Below the pieces are notes generated by a model that did no database searches, had not been told where the DNA came from, and worked only from the letters and a program-made list of their open reading frames with translations. A program made the translations under genes and the position numbers. Below, one piece after another: positions 55,590-64,000 of a stretch of DNA of 64,000 nt (positions are counted from its first letter, which is position 1; each line of letters opens with the position of its first letter). The stretch comes from a virus (taxonomy: Duplodnaviria; Caudoviricetes), in IMG/VR virus record IMGVR_UViG_2695421015_000001, positions 32,001 through 96,000 of that record. One strand, written 5' to 3'.

Positions 55590-56057
55590 ATGAGCGCTAC
55601 CACGCTCGACAATCGCGCGCCGCGGCCACCCGCGGCAGCAACCAAACCACTCGGCACCAATCCAAAGGACATGGTCGGCCTCAAAAAGGTCGACCTGTCC
55701 GTGGTGCCGGGGATCGCCTTGTTCCACGAGGCGATGGCCATGATGGACGGAGCCCGGAAGTACGGCCCGTTTAATTGGCGGGACAACGCCGTTATGGCCC
55801 GCATCTACGTCGCCGCCGCTCTACGGCACATCCAATACTGGGCGGCCGGCGAAGAAGTAGCCAAGGATTCCGGGGTTCATCATCTCGGCCATGCGCGCGC
55901 ATGCCTTGGCATCATTTTGGACGCACAGGCGACCGGTAACCTGATCGACGATCGGGCGAAGTCGGCTGTGCTGATCGAAGCGCTCGATGCGCTCAACGAC
56001 ACGGTCCGGCTCGGCGCCGAAGCGCGCAAGGCTGCCGCCGACGGAGTCAACCGATGA
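55590..56057 (+). CDS. dATP/dGTP diphosphohydrolase-like protein (DUF5664)
   Basis: K..LS.VP...GARKYG..NWR...AALRH..W..GE....DSG.HHL.HA.AC. Confidence 0.8.
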   Translation: MSATTLDNRAPRPPAAATKPLGTNPKDMVGLKKVDLSVVPGIALFHEAMAMMDGARKYGPFNWRDNAVMARIYVAAALRHIQYWAAGEEVAKDSGVHHLGHARACLGIILDAQATGNLIDDRAKSAVLIEALDALNDTVRLGAEARKAAADGVNR

Positions 56058-56593
56058 AGCGTCTGTTGCGGTACAATTCGCGGCACATGCTGCATTTCCC
56101 GGGCGACGGGAAGATGCCGCAGCTCAATCCGCTCAGCTACTCCAGTCAGAGCAAGAGCGGCAAGCGCACGAAATCGCTCCACGAGCCGTTGCGGATGTTT
56201 CGTTTGCGCCAGCGGCTGTTCTGCTTTGCCGGCCGACAGCGGTGCGGTGAGCGCGGCGAAGGCGCTTCGACGCCGGACACCTGGGACCTCGGGCCCGACG
56301 ATAACCGGACTTGCTCCCACTGCGGTTCGATCCATCCCGACGACCTGATGGAGATTTGCCGCAAGACCCTTGTGGACGATCGATACGGCATCGAGGGGAC
56401 CACCAAAAGCTACAAGGTCTATGTGCGTCAGCCGGGCGTGAGAAACGCCAGCGAGGGCGCCATCAAGTTTTACAAATGGCACGCGCCGGAAAGCCCGACC
56501 GAAGAGGATCAGGAGCTTTTCGCCCGCGCGTGCCGCGTGACGAGAGAACGATTTGACGCGCAGTGGGCCAAGACCCGCGCGTCCGCTTCGTAA
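56054..56593 (+). CDS. hypothetical protein
   Basis: TCSHCGS.HPD...T.KSYKVY...KFY.WH; the true start may be downstream. Confidence 0.55.
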   Translation: MKRLLRYNSRHMLHFPGDGKMPQLNPLSYSSQSKSGKRTKSLHEPLRMFRLRQRLFCFAGRQRCGERGEGASTPDTWDLGPDDNRTCSHCGSIHPDDLMEICRKTLVDDRYGIEGTTKSYKVYVRQPGVRNASEGAIKFYKWHAPESPTEEDQELFARACRVTRERFDAQWAKTRASAS

Positions 56594-56762
56594 GTCACCT
56601 TCCACGAAATTCTCGCGCGCCTTCCGGGGACGGAAGGAGAGCGCGGATCAAGCGAACCGAAAGCCCGCCGGGGACGGCGAGGGCTCGCGGATCGCGCACG
56701 CCTGCCACCGGGGACGGTGGTCACACCCGCACATCCACTCATTCAAAATTCGGAGAAACACG

Positions 56763-58370
56763 ATGAACGCAATCGTGCGTAACATCGCATACAGCGAGCA
56801 TCTGCCGCTGGAACTGCAAAAGGGCTGGGCGCCCATCTACGGTCAGGGCGGCAACATCGACCGCGCTGCCATCGCCGCTGAAGTCGCGAGCTTCCTCGCC
56901 TCGGTGCAGAAGACGCAGGCCGTCAAGGACTTCGTTCCGGACTTCCTGTCCAAGAGCACCTTCCAGCAGGCCGGTTCGGCCACCTCGGGCCTGACCTACT
57001 ACGATCTCGAGCTCGGCGCGAAGTTCGTCTATCCCGTGCTGACGCCGCTGCGCAATGAGATCCCGCGCGTCACCGGAAAAGGGGGCATCCAAGCCGCCTG
57101 GAGGGCGGTCACCGGCGTCAACACCGGCGGCATGCGGATCGGCGTCTCGTCCGGCAACCGCGGCGGTGTGCAGGCGGTCTCCACGCAGGACTATTCTGCG
57201 GCTTACCGCGGGCTCGGCCTGGAAACCAACGTCGACTTCGAGGCCGAATACGCCGGCCGCGGCTTCGACGACATCCGCGCGATCGCGGCCAAGGTCGGCC
57301 TCGAAGCCACGATGATCGGCGAAGAGGGCGTGCTGCTCGGCGGCAACACCTCGTTGCAGCTCGGCATCACACCGACCCCGACGGTGACCGCCTCGGCCAC
57401 TGGCGGCGCGCTTGCGGCGGCGACCTATTCGGTCATCTGCGTCGCGCTCGCGTTCGACGCTGTGCTCTACGGCTCGATCGCTGGCGGCATCCAGGCCTCC
57501 ATCACCCGCACCAACGCTGACGGCTCGTCCGACACCTTCGGTGGCGGCTCGGCCCAGAAGTCGGCCAACGCCACCGGCACCGTGGCCACCGGCACCGCCG
57601 GCTCGCTCACCGCGACCGTCACCCCCGTCACCGGCGCCTGCGGCTACGCATGGTTCTGGGGCGCAGCGGGTTCGGAAGTGCTCGGCGCTATCACGACCAT
57701 CAACTCGGTCGCGATCGTGGCTGCTGCAACCGGCACCCAGACGGCGGCGTCGCTGCCGGCGGGAGACTTCTCGACCAACAGCCTCGTGTTCGACGGCATC
57801 ATCACCCAGATCCTCAAGAATGGGTCGAATGCCTACTTCGCGATCCAGTCGAGCGGCACCGCAGGTGTCGGCACCCCGCTCACCGCGGATGGCTCCGGTG
57901 GCATCGTCGAGATCGACATGGCGCTGAAGGATCGTTGGGATAACTACCGCCTGTCGCCCGACACCATCTGGGTGAACTCGCAGGAGGCGCTCAACATCTC
58001 GAAGAAGATCCTGCAGGGCAACAGCAATGCGGCCCAGCGCTTCGTCTTCGACAGCCGGCAGGACTCGCTCGGCGGCGGCATCATGGTGCGCTCGTACCTG
58101 AACCGCTTCTCGATGGGCGGCGCCAAGTCCCTCGACATCCGCATCCATCCGAACATGCCGCCCGGCACGATCGTGATGACCAGCCGCTCGCTGCCGTACC
58201 CCGTGTCCGGCATCGCGAACGTGCTGCAGGTGCGGGCACGGCAGGATTACTACCAGATCGAGTGGCCGCTGCGGACCCGCAAGTACGAGTCCGGCGTGTA
58301 CTGCGACGAGGTGCTGCAGTGCTACTTCCCGCCCGCTTTCGCGGTGATCACCAACATCGGTAACGGCTAA
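56763..58370 (+). CDS. major capsid protein
   Basis: Position after protease/scaffold; GGAGA RBS; YDLE..AK...P.LTPLRN.IPR; 535 aa. Confidence 0.8.
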   Translation: MNAIVRNIAYSEHLPLELQKGWAPIYGQGGNIDRAAIAAEVASFLASVQKTQAVKDFVPDFLSKSTFQQAGSATSGLTYYDLELGAKFVYPVLTPLRNEIPRVTGKGGIQAAWRAVTGVNTGGMRIGVSSGNRGGVQAVSTQDYSAAYRGLGLETNVDFEAEYAGRGFDDIRAIAAKVGLEATMIGEEGVLLGGNTSLQLGITPTPTVTASATGGALAAATYSVICVALAFDAVLYGSIAGGIQASITRTNADGSSDTFGGGSAQKSANATGTVATGTAGSLTATVTPVTGACGYAWFWGAAGSEVLGAITTINSVAIVAAATGTQTAASLPAGDFSTNSLVFDGIITQILKNGSNAYFAIQSSGTAGVGTPLTADGSGGIVEIDMALKDRWDNYRLSPDTIWVNSQEALNISKKILQGNSNAAQRFVFDSRQDSLGGGIMVRSYLNRFSMGGAKSLDIRIHPNMPPGTIVMTSRSLPYPVSGIANVLQVRARQDYYQIEWPLRTRKYESGVYCDEVLQCYFPPAFAVITNIGNG

Positions 58371-58458
58371 GGCCGTCGCCTGATCGGAGGAGCGCGCGTA
58401 CGCCGCGCGCTCCTCTCTTTCCCCATTCCTTTTCCCCCACCACCTTTCGGAGAACCCC

Positions 58459-58785
58459 ATGGTCCGCCTGTTCGCCCCCAATGGCGCCACCCACTTTTCG
58501 CACAACGGCCACGAGTTTGAGGTCGGCGCAGACGGATGGGTCGAAGTCGCCCCCCACGTCGCTGCCGATTTGCGCAGTCACGGCTTCAAGGATGCGCCGC
58601 CTCCGCCCAGCGAAACCGTCTCTGTCAAGCGCAGTGACCTGCTCGCAGCGCTTGAGAAGCTCGGCACCGCCGCCAACCCTGACATGGATGCAGACAAGCT
58701 CGCCGCTGCGCTGGCCGCTGCTGTGGCCACCAAGGAGACCAAGAGGGCGACAACGCTCTCCATCGACAAGAACAAGGGCGCCTAA
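58459..58785 (+). CDS. small head-associated protein
   Basis: Directly after MCP, GGAGA RBS. Confidence 0.65.
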   Translation: MVRLFAPNGATHFSHNGHEFEVGADGWVEVAPHVAADLRSHGFKDAPPPPSETVSVKRSDLLAALEKLGTAANPDMDADKLAAALAAAVATKETKRATTLSIDKNKGA

Positions 58786-59093
58786 TAAGGCGCGCCTGAA
58801 CTGGACGAGACATGGCGGCATCTATGCAGCTGAGGGGTTGCCCGTGCCCGGCGTGTTCCTCGTCCCGTTCTTCGATGCTCGGCTCGCTGCCGATACCTCG
58901 CGGCACGATCGAGTTGCCCGTGCCGGCGCGCATCGAGAGCGCGGCCGTCCCCGACGCCGTCGAGATTAAGCCCGAGCCGCCCTTCACGCCATCGACGCGC
59001 ACATTCATCGCGCGACCCGATCGTGGGCGCACCGTATCGGCGCCGGCGTCCCGATCCGTTGCCGTGCCCGCGAAAGAGTAAGGAACCGCTCCA

Positions 59094-59981
59094 ATGATGT
59101 TCTGGGATAGCGGTAAGGCGCCTGCCGCAGTCGAGGACTTCGACATCGATTGGACCGTCGCCCTCAACGGCGACACCATCACGGCGTCGTCCTGGGCGAT
59201 CACCGGCGGTGACGCTCCGGCCTCCGGCACGCTGGCAATCACCTCGAACAGCTTCACCACGACGCTGGCCAAGGTCGTGCTGTCGGCCGGCAACCTTGGC
59301 ATCACTTATACGCTCACCAACACGGTAACGACCGCTGCCGGCCAGACGCTGGTCGAGTCGGTCCAGCTGCCGGTCCGCGCTCCCGTCGTTTCGTTGACGA
59401 CGCTGGCGAATGCCTTGCAGTGGCTGGGCCTCACCGCGGACGATGACGGCTACGTCTCCCGGGTGCTCGCCACCATTTCGACCGAAATCCAGAACTGGCT
59501 CGGCTTCCAGGTCGCGCAGGCGAGCTACTCGCGCAGCTTCGACGGGCAGGGCACGAGCAAATTCTTCGTGCCGGACATCCCGCTGGTTTCCGTGCAGTCG
59601 CTCACCATCGACGGCGTCACGATCCCGAAGGGCGTGAACGGTACCTACCGGCCCGGCTTCTACAACAACAACCAGTCGATCAACCTGATCGGCTTCTTCT
59701 TCACCCGCGGCTTCCAGAACATTCAGGCCGGCTACACCTCGGGCTACCAGACGGTGCCGCCGGATATCGAGCAGGCCTGCCTCGACTGGACCAAGAACGT
59801 CTACCTCAGCGGCAAGCAGGTCAGCATCCCGTCGAACATCGTGCGGGTCGCGGCCGGCGATACCTCATTCGACTATGGCGGCAGCGGCTCCGTCACCGAC
59901 GTCACCAAACTCCCGATGCCGTCGGGCATTTACGCGGTGCTGCAGAACTATCGCCGCGTCACACAAATCAGCGGGTGGTGA
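59094..59981 (+). CDS. head-tail connector with an N-terminal adaptor-like domain
   Basis: KAP....DF.IDW N-terminal domain; YTSGY..VP.DIEQAC...L..YRR. Confidence 0.75.
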   Translation: MMFWDSGKAPAAVEDFDIDWTVALNGDTITASSWAITGGDAPASGTLAITSNSFTTTLAKVVLSAGNLGITYTLTNTVTTAAGQTLVESVQLPVRAPVVSLTTLANALQWLGLTADDDGYVSRVLATISTEIQNWLGFQVAQASYSRSFDGQGTSKFFVPDIPLVSVQSLTIDGVTIPKGVNGTYRPGFYNNNQSINLIGFFFTRGFQNIQAGYTSGYQTVPPDIEQACLDWTKNVYLSGKQVSIPSNIVRVAAGDTSFDYGGSGSVTDVTKLPMPSGIYAVLQNYRRVTQISGW

Positions 59982-60139
59982 ACATGACCAGCAAATCGAA
60001 AGAGCGCAACGTCGTCGGCGAGCATATGCGTGAGATCGCCAAGAGGGTCGCCGCCGAGAAGATCAGGCGCGCCAACGCCTATGCGAGGCAGCTTGCCAAG
60101 GCGCACATCACAATGCTGTTCGGCGGGGACGACGAGTAA

Positions 60140-60520
60140 ATGCTGTATCCGCGCCGTATCGAAATCCACCGCCTCAAGACGGTGGCCGGCGCGAGCGACG
60201 ACGTGATCGGCCTGACCGGCTATTCAGGCGCCGAAGCCTCGACCAGCGCCTCCGACCCTAACGGCGAGACCGTTCTCTTCACCAACATCCCCGCCAACAT
60301 TCAGTCGGGCCCCGGCGGTCGCAAGCGCGACAGCTCGCTTCCGCAGGACGCGGTCACCAACCCGTCGTGGATTATCTACATTCCGATCACGGCGCTGCCG
60401 GCGGGCGCCATCCGCGACCGCGACATCATCGTCGACGACAGGCAGTACCGCTACGAGGTCGGGCAGGATTACTGCAATATTTTGGGCTGGAAGATCACCT
60501 GCCTCCGCCTGGAGGCGTGA
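60140..60520 (+). CDS. putative head-closure protein
   Basis: Synteny; IRDRDIIVDD..RY.V. Confidence 0.6.
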   Translation: MLYPRRIEIHRLKTVAGASDDVIGLTGYSGAEASTSASDPNGETVLFTNIPANIQSGPGGRKRDSSLPQDAVTNPSWIIYIPITALPAGAIRDRDIIVDDRQYRYEVGQDYCNILGWKITCLRLEA

Positions 60521-60681
60521 CGATGGTTCGCTTTCGTCTCGTCGTCACCATCCGCTGGTGGGTGTACCCGCTGATCGAGTTGGCGAAATTCAACCTCTTC
60601 ATCGGCATCCCGGTCGACACCGATCGTCTGGCCCAGATCATCGCCAAGCACGGCCTCAAGATCAAGTTCAAGGCTGAGTAA

Positions 60682-61557
60682 ATGGCCGACCTTTCCGATC
60701 TCACCGCCTATCTGGCGCAGCAGGCGGCGAGCGCCGTCTATCCGAGCGGCACAAGCTCCGCATCGGTCGCCAATATGGACTGCCGTATTTTCGAAGGCTG
60801 GCCGATACCCAATCAGCTCGACCTCGACATGGCCGGCAAGATGCAGAATGCCGATGGCGAGGTCGTGTCTCGCCCCGGCGGCCCCGTCGCCAACGTCTCG
60901 ATCTTCCCGATGCAGGGGACTGGCGTCAACGTCTACCAGAACCTCGACAAGACCTACGTCATACAGGCGCCGAGCTACGGGATGACGTTCTCTCTCGATG
61001 GCGACACCATCACCGTGACAGGCCAGCCGAAGACCGGCGAGTACCTGACGCTCATCATCGACGATGGTGTGGTCTGCTCGCAAGGAGGCGCCACCACGGC
61101 GGCGCTTCTCGCCGCACTCGCCACTGAGGCGCAGGGCAGCGGGTATTCCGGCGCGAGTTCGACCGCCGACACACTGACCGTTCCTGCCGGGCATTCTCTC
61201 GTGGTGCGACAGGGCGGCACCGGCAAGCTCGGCAAAGCCACGCATCGTCAGCGCCACTCCGTCATGGTGACGGTGTGGGCGCCGAACCAAGCAACCCGCG
61301 CGACGCTCGCCAAGGCGATCGACAACCTGATCAAGCAGACGATCAGGGCGTCGATGCCTGACACGTCGCAGGCAACCATTCTCTACAACCGCACCAACGT
61401 CATCGACGAGCAGCAGTCGCAGACGATCTATCGACGCGATCTGATCTACGACGTCGAATACGCCACCGTCGAGCAGTTCGTCGGCTACGTCATCACCTCG
61501 ACCCAGACGTCGATCGCGAAGCCACAGAACGTCGCAATCGCAACCGCAACCACCTAA
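60682..61557 (+). CDS. putative tail completion/neck protein
   Basis: Synteny; GWP....LD.D; YRRDL.Y.VEYAT. Confidence 0.65.
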   Translation: MADLSDLTAYLAQQAASAVYPSGTSSASVANMDCRIFEGWPIPNQLDLDMAGKMQNADGEVVSRPGGPVANVSIFPMQGTGVNVYQNLDKTYVIQAPSYGMTFSLDGDTITVTGQPKTGEYLTLIIDDGVVCSQGGATTAALLAALATEAQGSGYSGASSTADTLTVPAGHSLVVRQGGTGKLGKATHRQRHSVMVTVWAPNQATRATLAKAIDNLIKQTIRASMPDTSQATILYNRTNVIDEQQSQTIYRRDLIYDVEYATVEQFVGYVITSTQTSIAKPQNVAIATATT

Positions 61558-61575
61558 CACAAGGGGTGCCATCCC

Positions 61576-61731
61576 GTGAATTACCACCTGATCTGCGTCC
61601 ACCCCTTCGGCAAGTACGTCAAAGGGCAGAAGATCACCGACCCGGCTCTTGTCGAGCAGCTGCGCAAGGCTCGCGACCGTCACTTCGTAAAGATCCCTGC
61701 GCCCGCCGCTGAGCCCGCGAAGGCCGAGTAA
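61576..61731 (+). CDS. 51 aa hypothetical protein
   Basis: MNYHLICVHPFGKYVKG..ITD. Confidence 0.55.
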   Translation: MNYHLICVHPFGKYVKGQKITDPALVEQLRKARDRHFVKIPAPAAEPAKAE

Positions 61732-61769
61732 TCGCGCAGCCGACCAACCCACCCATCCCTTTCCCGATG

Positions 61770-61795
61770 AACCCGCCCTTTGAGGCGGGTTTTTT
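61770..61795 (+). terminator. intrinsic terminator
   Basis: AACCCGCC-CTTTGA-GGCGGGTT-TTTT. Confidence 0.75.
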
Positions 61796-61811
61796 ATTGG
61801 AGCCAACTTAA

Positions 61812-63773
61812 ATGTCCAACACCTTCCTTGATGGGCAGCAGAACCTTTCGGCGCTGACGGTCCCCGGCGTCTATGGCGATATCGTCCTGCCCACCGGGAT
61901 GATCCTCGGCACGGCCACGAATATCGAGGGCCTTGTCGGCGTCGGAAGCTGGGGCCCGCTCAATGCGCGCATCCCGATGTCGACCCCCGCCGATGCTGCG
62001 CTCAACGTCGGCCCTCCGGTGATCCGGCCCTACGACATCTCGACGTACATTGCTGCGGCGTCGCAGGTTGGCGGCGCGATCGGCTTCTACGGCATCCGCG
62101 TCTCCGACGGCACCGATACGGCCGCGACTGCGACGATCCAGTCCGCGATCACGATCACCGGCAAATACACCGGCATTCTCGGCAACGGCATCCAGTTCTC
62201 GATCCAGAACGGCAGCCTGGCCAACAGCTTCATGGGCGTCGTGGCCTTCCCGGGCTATCCGCCGGAGCAGTTCAACAACATTCTTGGGCCGACGCCCGCG
62301 AGCGCCGCCTATACGTTCTCTGCCAATCCGGCGGCGAATGACGTGATCACCATTGCCGGCACCGCGGTTACCTTCGTGAACGCAACTCCGACCGGAAACG
62401 AGGTGCTGATCGGCACGACTCTGGCCTTCACGCTGTCGAACCTGCTGGCGATGCTGCTGACTTCGACCGATACGGGCCTGTCGAAGTGCAACTACGCCCT
62501 TGCCGGCAGCGTGCTGAAGGTTATCGCCAGCCAGACCGCCGACGGCGGCGTTAATGCCGGCACCGCCGGCAATTCGTTGACGGTGGCGAAAACCTCGACA
62601 GCCATCACGGTGTCGGGAGCCACACTCTCCGGCGGCACCGGCACCTGGCAGACGTTCTGGACCAATCTCGCCAACGCCATCAACAACGGCACGCCCTATC
62701 ACGGGCCCTCTGCCTATGTGATCGCCACCGCGGAGACCTCGACAGTGGCTCCGACCCTGTCGACGACGGTCCAGCTCTCTGGCGGAACCGACGGTGCAGC
62801 AAACGTCACCGACGCGACGCTGATGGGTGAGGACGTCTCGCCGCGCACCGGCATGTATGCGCTGCGCAACTCGCTGTGCGACTGCTTCACGCTGTGCGAT
62901 CTGTCGACGGAAGCCGACTACGCGGCGATCGTGTCGTTCGGTCTTTCCGAGACCATGCTGCCGATCTTCGCCACGACCTCGGGCGACACCGTCGCCGACG
63001 CGCTCTCGATCCGGGTCAATGCCGGCATCGACAGTCCATGGTTCTGGCTGATCGTGGGCGACTATCCGACGTTTTATGACAGCTACAACGGCGTCTCGCG
63101 TCTCATCAATCCGAGCGCGTTCGGCATCGGCATCGTCGGCAATCTGTCGCCGCAGCAGTCGCCGTTGAACAAGCCGCTGCAGGGCGTCTCCGCCACGCAG
63201 ACCTCGACGCTGGGCCAAACCTACAGCGACACCGAACTGTCGCAGATCAACACCGGCGGCATCGACGTCATCCTGCCGGCGTCCCAGTCGCCGGGCGGGA
63301 ACTACTACTCGTTCGCCACGGGCCGCAACGCTTCGAGCAACACGGCGGCGAACGGCGTCGAATACACCCGCATGACCAACTTCCTGATCCGCGCCGCGCA
63401 GAGCAAGGCGGCCGGCAGCTTCATTGGTCAGTTGCAGTCGATCCAGCCGACCGACGAGACGCGCGCAAACGCAAAGTCTCTGTTCGACGGCTTCTCGGCG
63501 CAGCTTGCGTCCGCGTCGGTAGGTCTCGGCATCAACGGACAGGGCATGATCGACACGCCTTGGCTGGTGCAGTGCGACGCCAACAACAACCCGGCCAACC
63601 TGCAGGCGCTCGGTTACCTGTTCCTCTACTGGCAGGTCCGCTACCTCAACGTCATCCGATATTTCGTCGTCAAATTCCAGGGCGGCGGCAACGTCACGGT
63701 GACGGTGCAGTCCACGCCGCCGAGCCCGTCGCAGTTCACGAGCGCGGCCAACACCTCGACGACGCAGTCCTAA
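61812..63773 (+). CDS. tail sheath protein
   Basis: VPGVY, G.VG..SWGP.N, RVSDGTD, LSGGTDG, C..NN...V.YL. Confidence 0.85.
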   Translation: MSNTFLDGQQNLSALTVPGVYGDIVLPTGMILGTATNIEGLVGVGSWGPLNARIPMSTPADAALNVGPPVIRPYDISTYIAAASQVGGAIGFYGIRVSDGTDTAATATIQSAITITGKYTGILGNGIQFSIQNGSLANSFMGVVAFPGYPPEQFNNILGPTPASAAYTFSANPAANDVITIAGTAVTFVNATPTGNEVLIGTTLAFTLSNLLAMLLTSTDTGLSKCNYALAGSVLKVIASQTADGGVNAGTAGNSLTVAKTSTAITVSGATLSGGTGTWQTFWTNLANAINNGTPYHGPSAYVIATAETSTVAPTLSTTVQLSGGTDGAANVTDATLMGEDVSPRTGMYALRNSLCDCFTLCDLSTEADYAAIVSFGLSETMLPIFATTSGDTVADALSIRVNAGIDSPWFWLIVGDYPTFYDSYNGVSRLINPSAFGIGIVGNLSPQQSPLNKPLQGVSATQTSTLGQTYSDTELSQINTGGIDVILPASQSPGGNYYSFATGRNASSNTAANGVEYTRMTNFLIRAAQSKAAGSFIGQLQSIQPTDETRANAKSLFDGFSAQLASASVGLGINGQGMIDTPWLVQCDANNNPANLQALGYLFLYWQVRYLNVIRYFVVKFQGGGNVTVTVQSTPPSPSQFTSAANTSTTQS

Positions 63774-63874
63774 TCCGATCGGGCGGCCGCAGCGAGCGGC
63801 CGCCGATCACCTTCACCCGAAAATTCAAAAACTGATGCCGACGTGCGCAAGCCGCGCGGCGAAGGAGCGATTCT

Positions 63875-64000
63875 ATGCCCGTTAATGGAATGAATGTCGG
63901 CGTCGACTATTCCATCAGCTACTACGATGGCACGTCCGGAACGCTGATCGACCTCGGCGACGTCCAGGACGTGAGGATTTCGGCGCAGAAGCACGACATC
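63875..64000 (+). CDS. tail tube protein (5' part, truncated by the window)
   Basis: AAGGAG RBS; follows sheath; MPVNGMNVGVDYS... Confidence 0.65.
   Translation, partial: MPVNGMNVGVDYSISYYDGTSGTLIDLGDVQDVRISAQKHDI

Overview
A 64 kb segment of a high-GC tailed dsDNA phage (contractile tail, sheath gene present). The host is probably an alphaproteobacterium (Hyphomicrobiales-like; inferred from gene families and the AAGGAGAC RBS style). There are three blocks. (1) 1-5600, + strand: primase-helicase and small genes. (2) 5824-31704, - strand: about 55 mostly short, unknown 'early/accessory' genes, including an Imm-like protein, a Ycf46-like AAA ATPase, two DNA methyltransferases and an M28-like peptidase. 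(3) 33021-64000, + strand: small genes, tRNA-Thr(TGT), nucleotide-metabolism genes, then terminase, portal, protease/scaffold, major capsid, neck, tail sheath and the start of the tail tube. The main unexplained signal is in block 2. It is built from gene units that each start with the same leader: a hairpin with a freely co-varying stem and an invariant 7-nt loop (UUCGCAG in the mRNA), then CAAGGAGACC-N3-8-ATG. I counted about 30 such hairpins by eye. A second, longer RNA-like element occurs three times in the same position. The block is bracketed and interrupted by three G-run-rich islands that almost lack the dinucleotide TC on the + strand and share a GGGCCGAAACGGCCC hairpin. In the head module, the prohead protease/scaffold gene is fused to NUDIX and Acb1-like (2H phosphoesterase) domains. 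All assignments come from reading motifs by eye; no database searches were run.
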